Of a stretch of 64,000 nucleotides of DNA, positions 25,801 to 37,700 are shown in pieces. Made by a program: the position numbers and the translations under genes. The notes under the pieces are model-generated. The model worked only from the letters and a program-made list of their open reading frames with translations, had not been told where the DNA came from and made no database searches. Positions within the stretch are counted from its first letter, which is position 1. Every line of letters starts with the position of its first letter. Source of the DNA: Octopus vulgaris (Eukaryota); NCBI GenBank assembly GCA_951406725.2, contig OX597816.1, positions 136,028,001-136,092,000 on the forward strand, read 5' to 3'.

Positions 25801-27769
25801 CCTTTCAAGCATTGGGCCTCACAGAGGCAATGTAGCCAATGCTGGTGTTGCGTAATTAGCACCTGTGCCAGTGGCACATGAAAAGCACCTTTCAAGCATT
25901 GGGCCTCATGGAGACAATAACAAATGACCAAAACATTTGGTCAAACGGTCTAACCTATGTCAGTATGGACAAACGATGTTAAGTGATGATGATGATGGGC
26001 AAATTGTGACCCACGGGACTTTCTGTATGACATTTCAAACAAAAAATGACCTTGTTTTGTTTTAGAAGTGCAGCCTACCTGATGATGAGCCATGTCTCAT
26101 GCAACCCACTATTTTTTTAGAAAAGGTGGCCCAAAACTGATCTAAGAGCTGTTCTTTTTTGTGAAAATCTTTCATCATTATTATACATGTATTTTGAAAA
26201 CCATTTGTCATTAACATAAAATTTGTAGAAAATTAAAGGAGGAAAATAGATTTCACAAGCAATGTTCTTTCTGCCATAACAAATGAAAACCAAGCTTAAG
26301 AGAAATATATATTGACTAAAACATAACAGAGGCCAAAATGAAGGGAAAAAAACTATCAAAAACAGTACCAAACCATAAAACAGATTGTTATAGTACAGCA
26401 AAAGACCTTTCCAAAATTAACTTGGTAACAAATTATAGCAACAATAGTGAATTGCAATACAGCTATCAAAAAGATTCAGGATATAAATGTCAACATCAAC
26501 ACCACCAAGATTAATCATCTAATTTATGTAACTCATATAACAGCCACAAAAGAAAATTGGTTACCTACAAATTACAATCTCTGGAGCTACACTCTATAAA
26601 ACCCATCATATTAATCCTTCCACAAGATAAAATATTCATCTTAAAAGAAAATAAAGTATGTTAAAAGCTTTCTATAACTACAGGGTAGTTATCAGTCAAC
26701 AATACTGCAACAGGAGACTTGAGAAGAAGGGGGAAAATTGAAAGAATTTGAGAAAGTATGGATTAGATTATTAGAAAACTTATAACAGCCTCACCAAGTC
26801 TGAACCAATAATCAGAATGTATAACAAACATGCAATGAATAAACAGTAAAACACTTAAAATTGTAAGCTATCAATGATTTGAAAGACTTTCAGGAAAGCC
26901 GCTCTAAGCTGGAAGCAGCTAATGACATAGGACAAACCAGCCATACAATAGGTACATACTATGGTGTCATAAATCCTGCACAGGGATTTTATGCAGAGAG
27001 CAAAAATAGAGAGAGGGATTAGGGGTACTAATATCTAGCAAAGAGCAATAGCTACAAAGCAAAAAACCAAAGAAAACAAAGATGTTTTCAGCTTTGAAGG
27101 GTATCAATAAAAACAAAACAGAAAAAGATGTAACAGACAATTGAGAGGTGAAAGAAAAAACAACAGAAATTGTGAAAAGAAGGAAAAACTAACTGAAAAG
27201 AATGCCATGCTAAAATAATGGTAGGAAAAATTATCTACATAGTCAACACTTGCAAAATTAAATAGGACAAAAACAAAGAAAAATTACAGTACTGGTTAAG
27301 AAGTACCAGATGCAAAGCCAAGACAGAAGGATTCTTGATTGTGGAATATGATAAAAAGTTTTCAATCAGAAACTACCATAAGCATATAATGAGGTATTAA
27401 GAAACAAAAGAATGTTGGAAAGAAACTATTAGCCATAGTATCTTTTTGCATTATACAAGTTTGGTTTGTTGGTCAGTATTATGCAGATGTTCTAATGTTA
27501 ATTTTGTTGCTTATCAATAGGCCTGTATTTATGTTGTTTTTTTTTGTCTATGTTTTTACTTGCTTTGTTCTTGTTTATTATTATTTATGTTTTTTTTTTC
27601 ATTTAAGTATTCTGTTTCGATTTCTGGAATCATTTTGGTTTTAATAACGTATCTCCTTTAAGTCCTTTAGCTGATCATATGGGATTAAAAGTTACTTAGC
27701 GTCATGGACCACAAAGAACGATCTCCTACATCAAGTATAAGTCCCCAAAGACCATACATATGTCTCAAA

Positions 27770-28010
27770 AAAGAAACTGAAAAGTTATCAAGATATAAAG
27801 ATGTGGAGAGTGAGATATCCAGAATATGAAGGACTGAAAACGGAAGCAATCTTTATCATAAATAGGTGGTTTGGAAATGCCAGCATTGAAAATGGATATT
27901 AAATGATGATGATGCAACTGAAAACTAAAACCTCAGGGTTTCTAAATATATCACATAGAAAACAGCACTACTGGGTATTACATACATCATGGCAAAAACT
28001 TTTAATACAA
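27770..28010 (+). pseudogene. 3' fragment of an R4/Dong-type (restriction-like endonuclease) non-LTR retrotransposon
   Basis: Frameshifted KLSRYKDVESEISRI...IIIGGLE...KTALLGITYIMAKTF, similar to the KYxDL...IGALG...QKTALLGTAHILRK tail of this clade. Confidence 0.65.
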
Positions 28011-28746
28011 CAGGAAATATTAAAAAAAAATACCACTCAGTAAAACCAAGGTGCACAAAGTTGTGCTCTATCATGCAATGAAAACACAATAGAAAAAGAT
28101 TACTGCAAAATAATACTTCTACTACTACTACTACTGATGATGATGATGATGCAGCCAGCAACAAAAGCAAGGAAGGCTATTCTCAAATGGTCCAATGCAA
28201 CAGGATACTTTTTATATCAACAGATGGTAATTGTTATCCTATCAGATGTCACAGTGAAGAAACACTGTAAGATAAAGGATGATTGTACGCAATTAAGTGA
28301 CCACTTATAGGTAACAAATATTGAGATGTAGAAGTTAGTTGTGAACTTTCAGAACATAGTGTATATAGGAAAATGGGGGTTTGAAGGTAATTCCAAATGT
28401 TTTCAGTTCTGAAGAAGAAAAAATAAGAAAAGCATATAGTGAAGGCTCTGGGATAATAAAGACAAGAGGCAGCTCCATCATAGGCTTAGATGGAGTAAGT
28501 ACACTCAATTCAGAGTGACAAAGGCCATTATAATAACAGCTGTAACATGTTGGTGTGCCCTTGCCAATCAGCAGATGGCCTTCTTTTGGATGAAATCTAG
28601 AATATGGATATAAACAACCACTCTGACCTGAGGCATTGCCTGCTACTCAACATGGAAAAATAAGCCTTTGAAATTAAATTTTGACAATGGAGTACATGAA
28701 ACCTCCATGAGAGATTAAGTGGAATTATGAAAACTATCATGTATAG

Positions 28747-29209
28747 CAATGATTCCCAACATGGGGCTTGGCATCCAAAATTTTTTCTTTTCATTTTTTT
28801 TTTAAAGTGGAACATGGAATTGTGAAAAATTTTTTTTTCACAGCAAACACATTACACCTACACTCAGCCTAGCCAAACCAATACTGTGTGGAGACTATTT
28901 GGTACAGTATAGCGCTGTTCTAATGCTACAGCTGAAGCTAACAAAATTGTCTCCTCAAGTCAACGAAATCTATCATAGTCGCCAGGCACAAGGTTCCCAT
29001 TAAAGGGATTCACTATTTTTCTTAGTCAATAATGTACTTTTTTTGGGTACTCAGTACTTAAAAGAGTTACAGGTAGATTCTTTTGTATTAAATAACTGTG
29101 ACAAAATATTAAAAATGAAATCTTTTTTTTCTAACCATCGGTGGGGGCCATGCATTTTTCTGGAAATCTATAGTGGGGGGCCTGGCGGAAAATAGGTTGG
29201 GAAACATTG
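28747..29209. mobile_element. hAT-type MITE
   Basis: TIRs CAATGATTCCCAAC / GTTGGGAAACATTG; 8-bp TSD ATGTATAG / ATGTATAA. Confidence 0.75.
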
Positions 29210-30002
29210 ATGTATAATATCTTTGAGTCTTTTGAGTGCTGTTATAGAGTTACAAAGGTATAGTGATTGTGCCTTGGTATTGTTGAAGTAGATTACTTTA
29301 AGTTGTTTTATAAAACAGAGTTTCTAGATAAAACTCATGAGGAAGAAATTATCTTGATAATATAAAGAAAATATGTCCTTATTAAGATATGAACAGGAAA
29401 ATATTAGAGAACTTAAAAGAGAAACTGACTTAAAATGGGTCATTTTCTGATCTGATTTGAACAAAGTTGAGCAGACAGTTAATTTCTCAAAAATGATAAG
29501 AGAATAGTGGACTAATAGGTTTCCTCAAGTACTTGCTGTAAGTCACTAAATCTGGATACCTTGCAGATATAATTATCAAAGTCACTTTCTACAATGAAAA
29601 TATTAACTATTGTATTATTGGTTTCAGTCCAATTATATGTAATTTATGTGAAATTTTAAAATACCTTGAGAGAGAGAGAGAGAGAATGAAAAATGAGACA
29701 AGAGACACTGTTTACTTAAAGTTTCTCTAAAACTAATAAGTATTATTTTAATGAAAAAATGAGAAAAGATGTCTAGTCTTTTTTTACAAGTATTTTTAGG
29801 GAGAAGGGGCATGTAATGGTGGTGATGGAGATATTTGGCATAAGGATGAAAATATCAACTGTAAATAGATTGTGCCTTTAGGAATGTAAAACATAGATGA
29901 ATGAGCTGACAGAGGTTTATATATATATTGCCTGTAGCATGATCTTTGAATGTCGGGCCTTATGGAGGTCATGACAAGAGACCAAGACTTTTGGGGCCAT
30001 TG

Positions 30003-30480
30003 CTAGTAGCAAGTTTCACCTTTGTATAACCTACCACAGCTGGATGGGATGGAGTACATGCAGTCTTTGGTTATATTCTCTTTTATTGGTAGTTTTAATT
30101 GAAGAAGATATTTGCGAAGTGTTGTATTACTCTTGAATACTGCCCTCATGTCATATGGGCCACATATCTTTTGTATCTTTTCAGAGAGGCCTTTCACATA
30201 GGGTAGACAGACTGTGGTCAGTTTATGGGTTTCATCCTCTCTTTTCTTCATAATTGGAGTGGATAGTATGTTTTTGGGGTCGTTGTTGCTAAATAGATTG
30301 TTACTTAGCTTGATCATTTCTTCATGGTGTGTATCAGGATCACTACTTATATACTTTGCTCGATGTTTTAGGCACTGAGCAATCCCTCTCTTTACACTGT
30401 ATGGATAGTAGGAATTGAAGTTGAGGTATCGTCCAGTGAAAGTTGGCTTGCAGTATATGGAGGTCCTGGATCCATACTTG
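30003..30480 (-). pseudogene. Penelope-like element fragment (RT thumb, linker and start of GIY-YIG endonuclease)
   Basis: Open frame TSIYCKPTFTGRYLNFNSYYPYSVKRGIAQCL...VCLPYVKGLSEKIQKIC...VFKSNTTLRKYL...MYSIPSSCGRLYKGET. Confidence 0.9.
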
Positions 30481-32008
30481 GTGCATGTTATTACAGATTT
30501 CCCTTTATAATTGCTGAATGCTATAATTTTTTTACATTATTACACATACATCATAAAAATAGAAAACATTTCAAAGTAATGTAGTACCAGGCTTTGTACG
30601 TATGATTACACACACACACACATGCAAATACATACACACATTGCCACCATCATCACCATCTTTATTATCATCCTCATCTTCCATCCTGGCAAGGTTGCAT
30701 ATCTTGACAAGATCAGACAGGTCCAAGAACTGCATCATACTCCAATGTCTGGTTGAACGCCTTTTCTCATATCAACCATTTTACAGAGAGTACAGGATAT
30801 TTTTGTGCTCTTTTTTTTTCTTTTATTTTTCATTGTATCAGCACTAATAAGTTTGCCATACAGCTTGCTAAACTAAGAGCCCCTTTGAATAAGTGGGACT
30901 ACAATAGAGAGGAAAGTGATTTCATGCTAGAAGATGAAAGGCTACAGAATGAAAGAAAGAGTCAAAACTGACCAGGGTTCTTGCTCTAGTACATAAATGG
31001 CTATTCATATTATGTAAAAGTTAACCTTCTAAGTTTTTGTAGCTATGGCCAGTTCAATTGAGTAACATAAACAACCAACAACATTTAATGAGATGTCTGA
31101 CCAGTACATAGTATTAATTTCATAGGTGTGTAAACTTCTAACTCTTGCTGTACATATAGTGCATATGAAATCCTAATTCTGTCTCAGGCTGCCAAAGATG
31201 CTCTCATGCCTTTTGTGCACAAAGTACACAGAATTTCATGTTTAACTACTTCCCTTCTTACATACCAAATAAATAAGATATATCTCAAAATTATGGTAGT
31301 TTCACTCAAAATGGATACTAAAAACAAATTTTAAATATAAAGTAAAAGAAAAAATGCTCAAACAATTAAAAAATATCTCATTATCATTATGTTCATTTAA
31401 CCACCCTGTTTTCCCAACATGTCTCATCTCATCTGAAATAGCCAGTCTTCTGACATTCAACAACTCACCATTATACATTCAGATTCCATATTGTTACAAG
31501 TATGATATTTCTACTACTTTGTTAATACTATCCTTAACTACAATACCTCTAGCTACCATGTTATCACAAGCCACACTTCTAACACAGTATAGAACTTGTA
31601 TTTTCTATGACCTTCAATTCATGCCTGCTCATGCTTATAACTACTATGGTTCAATTGGTGCTTTGCCAGTCTCAAGATTACATTACAATCTCCTGTGTTT
31701 GCACCATTGTCTGCACTGATTAAAAAAGATTTGAATTGCTGCCTACTAAATTTCTGCAATTTGTTTTAATTAGTCAAAGAAGAAGGGAAAGTTATCAAGC
31801 TTTTGCTGGCCAACCCAGACAGGTGAGATTGATGCAGTTGATATTCAGTTTAAAGTTTTATAAGTCAATGAATGCAAGAAAAACATGTACATGCTTGTGT
31901 TTTAAGACCTGTCGTCATCACCACTAGTAAACACACAGTGAGGGAATTCCAGAGGGTTACAATTAGAGAAAGGTATGTTTGAGAAAGTGCTTAGTGTAGG
32001 ATCTAGGG

Positions 32009-32265
32009 CAGTGATTCTCAACAAGGGTCCATATAACCCTTGGGGATCCACATAAGATTTCATTGTTAAAATTTATGTGCAATAAATTGGTTAAGCTTAT
32101 ATAATATACAAAATATTTGAAAAATTTTTTATACAATTCCTAATAATATTTAATTATAAAAACATAGACGGACTAATTCTATATACAGTGAATGGTAATG
32201 GCGGTCCGGTAGAGTAAAATAGGAACTAAAGGGGCTCATAGATAACAAATGATTGAGAACCACTA
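32009..32265. mobile_element. hAT (Charlie-like) MITE
   Basis: TIRs CAGTGATTCTCAA / TTGAGAACCACTA; TSD ATCTAGGG / ACCTAGGG; related partial copy at about 17390-17640. Confidence 0.8.
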
Positions 32266-33119
32266 ACCTAGGGCTAAAACCATGGAGATGACAAACAAAA
32301 AGATGCAACTTAATAAGTCAGAAGAGTAAAGGTCACCATAATAGGAGGGAAAGTAGGGAGAAGAAACACTAAACATACAAATGAGGCTTTACTTAACTGA
32401 ATGGTCTTTTTATTGATCTGATCTTGGATGTCAGTGCATCTAGCAGCAGCAGTTGCAACATGAGCAGTATTGTATTGTTGTTCATGCATTAAAAGAGTGT
32501 AATGGAATATCGGTTGTCTGATACAAGTAATAAATGCATCTGGATGTTATTGAAGAAATTGTCATGTCCTTATTGAAAAATATTTTCAAGGTCTTAAACC
32601 TGACATGAGTCATTTCCTGATGATGCAGGGCATTTGTAATCCTTACTACTAAAAGTTCACTCTCTAACCAACCTTATTCTTTCGAATATCCCTGTTAAAA
32701 TGCTAGCTACAAAGTTAACATCACTGTAACATCCACTACCAATGGTATTTTCACTAAAAATCACAAAAATCTAGTTTTGCCTGTCTTGATCTTGCTTCTG
32801 GCCACAATACAACAATAGTTATATAAATTCAATTTATATTGAAAATATTGCCTTATGATTTACAAAATGCACATATTGCGTGTGTGTACGTGGACATATA
32901 TAACATGTGTTCATACCATGCACAAATTATATATGCATTAAGGTCTCTATATATGAACGTAATTCATTCTGGGGCTTTGTTCATTAACCAGATTGTTTTT
33001 TGTATGAGCAATTGAAATACAAATAAACAGAGATAATCCATTCCAAGCCACACCCAAATGCTACATAAAGGCATGAAATGATATTTTATTTGTACATCCA
33101 AAAATAGCAAATACATAAA

Positions 33120-33290
33120 TATATATGTATAGGTATAATGTGCATGCATGCATGTACGTGTGTGCATGTATGTATGTATGTATGTATGTATGTACGTATG
33201 TATGTATGTACATACGTATGTATGTACATACGTATGTATGTACACACATATGTATGTACACATGTATACAAATATGCGTGTATGTGTTTT
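33120..33290. repeat. (TATG)n / (TGCA)n microsatellite
   Basis: Direct inspection; similar arrays at 52730-52830 and 60148-60250. Confidence 0.95.
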
Positions 33291-33802
33291 TCCCTTTTTC
33301 CTCGTCTTGCTTCAGTCAATCCAAAGTTATGTTTTTACAAAAAAAAAATTGAGAAATATTATTTTTCTATATAAAATACAAAAATTTACATGGACATTAA
33401 CAAATGTCTCCCAGCCACTTTTATGTGTGTGCATAGTCTACTGGTGCTTTGTTATTCAAATTTCAGCTAATTGGTTGAAAATAACTTCCTTATAAAAAAA
33501 GCTGTTCCCAGTACAGTATGTTCATTTAGCATACCATTTGTATATGCCCTTCCAGCACCTATACACACATATAGTCTACCCATGGCTTGTTGTTTGAATT
33601 TCAGTTCTCGCTAAGCAAATGAGTTCCCATCATCAACATCATCATCCCTTAATATCCATTTTCTATACTGGCATGGATTGAATGGCTTGAACAGAACTGG
33701 CAAGCAGGAGAGCTGCACCAGGTTCCAGTCTGATTTGGCTTGGTTTCTAGAGCCAGATGCCCTTCCTAATGCCAACCACTTTATAGAGTATACTGGGCAC
33801 TT

Positions 33803-34031
33803 TTAACCCTTTCGTTACCAACCCGGCTGAAACCGCCCCTGGCTCTGTAGGACAAATGTCTTGTTTTCATAAGTTTTGAATTAAAATTTTCAATCAAACC
33901 GTAGTCACAATTTATGTTCCTAACACTAGCTTAATGATAACTAAGTTATTTTACTAAATTCTTTGTTATATCTAAAGTAACTGAAAGAAACACAGAGCAT
34001 CTCAAAATAAATACAGTAATGAAAGGGTTAA
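33803..34031. mobile_element. piggyBac-type MITE family P2 nested in a family C SINE (33628-34100, minus)
   Basis: TTAA-CCCTTTCGTTAC...GTAATGAAAGGG-TTAA; the SINE sequence resumes after it. Confidence 0.85.
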
Positions 34032-34370
34032 TGTAGTAGTGGCACAAGGACTTTTACGTGGCACCAGCACGAGTGCTCCTTACATGGCACTGTCACAGGG
34101 CTCTTGCAGGCCAATCTTCATCAGGGGGAGTAGCATTAACACTTCTACTGTGGAGGAAAGGTCTTCTTGAGTACCACAGGTAACTTATATAGGTGCATAG
34201 CCCACTCATGCTTTGTTGATCAAATTCCAGCTCATTATGCATGTTTAATTTTCTTCAGAAAGACCATCCGTTATTCAATTTGTTCATATAGAGAACTGTT
34301 TGTAAATGGGTACCCCACTGTATATGACAGAATAAAAGGTTTTCTAAAGCATTGTAGCAGTATTTGGACA

Positions 34371-34744
34371 TTCTAACATAATATTCACATTATGCTGAAT
34401 ATAAAGATTGCCTTTTTGGTATTAACACTGCTTTTGTCGCTATTGATTATCTTTTAATAAGCCTGCTGGCTATTTGCAACATCAGTGCCTTTTTAGGCAC
34501 TGAGATTCTATATATTGTTGACAGTGTGATTTGGCTGTTATGTTGCTACTGGACACCTGCCACTGATGAGCCCAGGCAGGATGAAATCATGTGATCTGAC
34601 AGTTCCAGCACCGGTGTCAGATGACTGTTATCTGCCAATGATATAAACATGCTTTTAGACATCCTGCACCCATATGAGGTCCTTTCAAGATAAATAAATA
34701 TTCTAACACAACATCCACATTAAGTTGGATATATAAATTGCCTT
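34371..34744 (+). mobile_element. Terminally redundant (330-bp period) retrozyme-like element with hammerhead motif
   Basis: 44-bp direct repeats at 34371-34414 and 34701-34744. HHR CTGCCA-CTGATGA-GCCC..GGAT-GAAA-TCAtgTGA-TC-TGACAG at 34557-34602. Confidence 0.6.
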
Positions 34745-37700
34745 CAGCCATGTAACAACACATGCTTTTTTCAGACTTTTCTTTGCCTTCTCTCTAAACT
34801 CTTTCCTCTTTCTGATGAAGAGTCATGTTTTTCATGTTTTTCCATCTTAAACTTTCTCTGAGCATCAATCTAATATAGTCGCTGTGCAAGTTCTTTTGAT
34901 TTTTGTTGTTTTTCCGGTTTTTATTTTTGATTTGCATGCACACACACACACACACAGAGAAAGAGAGGAAGCAGTAAGTTTGGATGTTACAGATAAAAAC
35001 AGTGGCATGATGCTCATATAAGACACCTAATATATTAGACTGAAAAAGAAATAGAAATAACAAATGTTATTATTTTTTAAAACCAGGATATTTTAGTTGA
35101 AAACTAAGACGTTCAGAAAGAAGAAAACAAACTTGGTTGCAGTCAAAACTTTCATTACCATGCCTTTTAAAAGGTCATCTAAAATTATTCCCAATTTAAG
35201 AGAAAAGCTTGTTTTATAAAAATAAATGTCTCTCTGCTCTAAGAAAAGAAGATATATTATATATTATCATAGTTAAATCATATATTTGGTAACAACTTCT
35301 AATGTAATTCAAAAAGTCAATATAACATCAATAGAGGTCTTGATATGTCTGACATGTTGAAATTAAAATATTTACAGTAAAATAATGAAACTAAATTTCA
35401 TTTTATTGAATGGATCTAAAACTTTGCATCTGTTTGGTTTGGGATTAGGTCGATAAAAAATGCAAATTGTTTAGTGCTGCATGTGATTACAGAAATACTT
35501 GCAGAGCTTACATTATGGAAACATGCCAACAATCTTCCACAGAATGGAAAAATCAGCCATGTTGCATGTAATTTTCTAATATTAGCCAGAATATTACAAC
35601 AAAATTTGTATAAAAGTAGTAAAAGCAAAAATTTAAGTGAGAATGCCTAAAATCATGAGTTAGTGTTATGAGGATAAGGAAGAAAATTTATATATAATGA
35701 TTGTGTGAATTAAAGTAATAATAAAACTAAATTAACATTAAATGGAGATATTAATAGAAATAATAGGGACTAATGAAAAAAACCTGTAAAGCAATTTGAC
35801 AGAAGTCCTGAATTGCAAGAACAAATTGAAGGCAATTAGATAGTCTTCAATTTGTATCTACCATTAGTCTTTTGCAGTTATAAAAAAGTAAGAATATGGA
35901 AATGATTATGAAATTTTTGAATCTGACAAATAATATTCTTAAATTTTTCAAAAAATTTTAACACTAAGTGAAAATCAATACTTTTCTATGAGTTTTCATC
36001 CTAATAACAGTTAAGATTACTATTGTTTTTAGTCCCAAGTCAACAGAGGTCAAGCAATGGTGTTCCAGCAATTACCATGTTATAGCAGTTGATCATTTTC
36101 ATTAGGGTAGACTCCTAGTATGAAGGTAGTTGATCAAATGCTTGGAATCAATGGACTAACCCAATACCACAAATATGCGGGTATAACAACATTTGAGTCC
36201 ACTCAGTAGGTTTCAGGTCAATGTTCGCACCAAAGAAATTTTATTTTTATTCCTAGGGATGCTATACTGAAATTTAAGACTTAAGTTATGTTATCAATTT
36301 TATTTTTTAAATAGTAGGTAACTCGTTAAGATTTAACTGCCCCACTGTACAAGAGCATCAATCTGTTCGGAAATTTTTTGCTGTTTTAATTAATAGTACT
36401 TGGATAGTTCTATATTCTAAATATCTGTATGAATAAAAATGTATAAATATTAAAGGCCCCAATGACACAGAATAAAGTGGAAAGTAAATTTATTTCATAT
36501 TTTGATTTTAACAAGCAGAGAAACAACCTAAGAATTTTATTATTTTAATAAACTGATGCAAAAAAAATCTCATGATTGTTGGTTTATGGTTGCAAGTGCT
36601 TAATAAAAACATATGGAAGATATTATATATTTCTACATGAGAAGTTAGTGATAGAATATCATCTACCTATCATATGGATAAGAGCAGAATGCACATGCTA
36701 AAACCTGTTTTAGCATAAGCATTTATATATGTGACTACAAGAATCCACTTCAAGATGGGTGCAGCACATCAATAATTCCACAAATAGTTTGTATAAGCAC
36801 CACAATAAAAGTACTGCTCACAGTTAAGGAAAACAGTTGGTATATCTCTGACTGTACTTCTTTACAGTTCAAATACCCATGTTAAATTTTCCTTTGTACT
36901 TCTAGCAGAATCAGGATTCCTTTCTCTGCTGATATTCCAATGGATAATAACATCTAGTTATGTTGTCTGTCTTTGTGTAATATCTGCATCTAATCTTTTG
37001 CATCATAAGTTTACTGTCATTTGATTTAATGAAGTGTACTTTCTCCAACTCACATTCTCTCAAGGACACTCATCTATTGCTAAAACAATAACTTCCAATG
37101 TTACAAACTGGCAAGCTGAATGCTCCCTCCACTTAACATGTTCATCTTTCCTCCCCTCATCTTCTCTACTGCGTTTTACCTCCCATATTTTACACTAAAC
37201 TACTTGCCCCTTCATTCAAAGAATTCCATTCTCATTCTTGCAGACTTCAACTCAGACGTGTTTGTACTGATATCAGTGACATCAACCTCCTTGGCCTAAG
37301 GGCCTGAAAGGTTAAGGGTGATCCTCCGCCTTCTCTTCTAACAAATTAAGAAAATGTTTACGACTTCTCAGAGAAATCTGCGCATTTGACTATTGCTATA
37401 ACTTGACTTGTTAGTAATAAAATTGTTCATACATTAAGGAAGAGAATCACATTGAAAGCAGTAACATAGACAATAAAACTGCTGACATGAAGAGGTTTTA
37501 CAATATCTTCAGAGAAAATGGATATCCAAAATGTTTTATTTTTATAGAAAAACAAACAAAAAATAATGAGTAAAAGAAAAAGAGGACCTTCTAGAAAACC
37601 TGCTAGTTTAGTAAGCCACACTTTAGTGAACATGTCAGTAATGCAATTAAATCTGTAACATGAAGAGAAGAACTGAACTAACATATCTCTCACTCAACAC

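Noticed and set aside
26074-26110. CTGATGA-TGAG..CTCA hammerhead-like motif
   Set aside because: GAAA is replaced and no stem I complement was found; too degenerate to call.
32393-32485. Possible signal-peptide-like first exon (MNNNTILLMLQLLLLDALTS...)
   Set aside because: That frame ends in a stop, and the nearby donor gives a frame containing TAA, so it cannot join the phase-2 acceptor at 22890.
32612-32645. CTGATGA followed by a weak stem
   Set aside because: No GAAA and no stem I or III.
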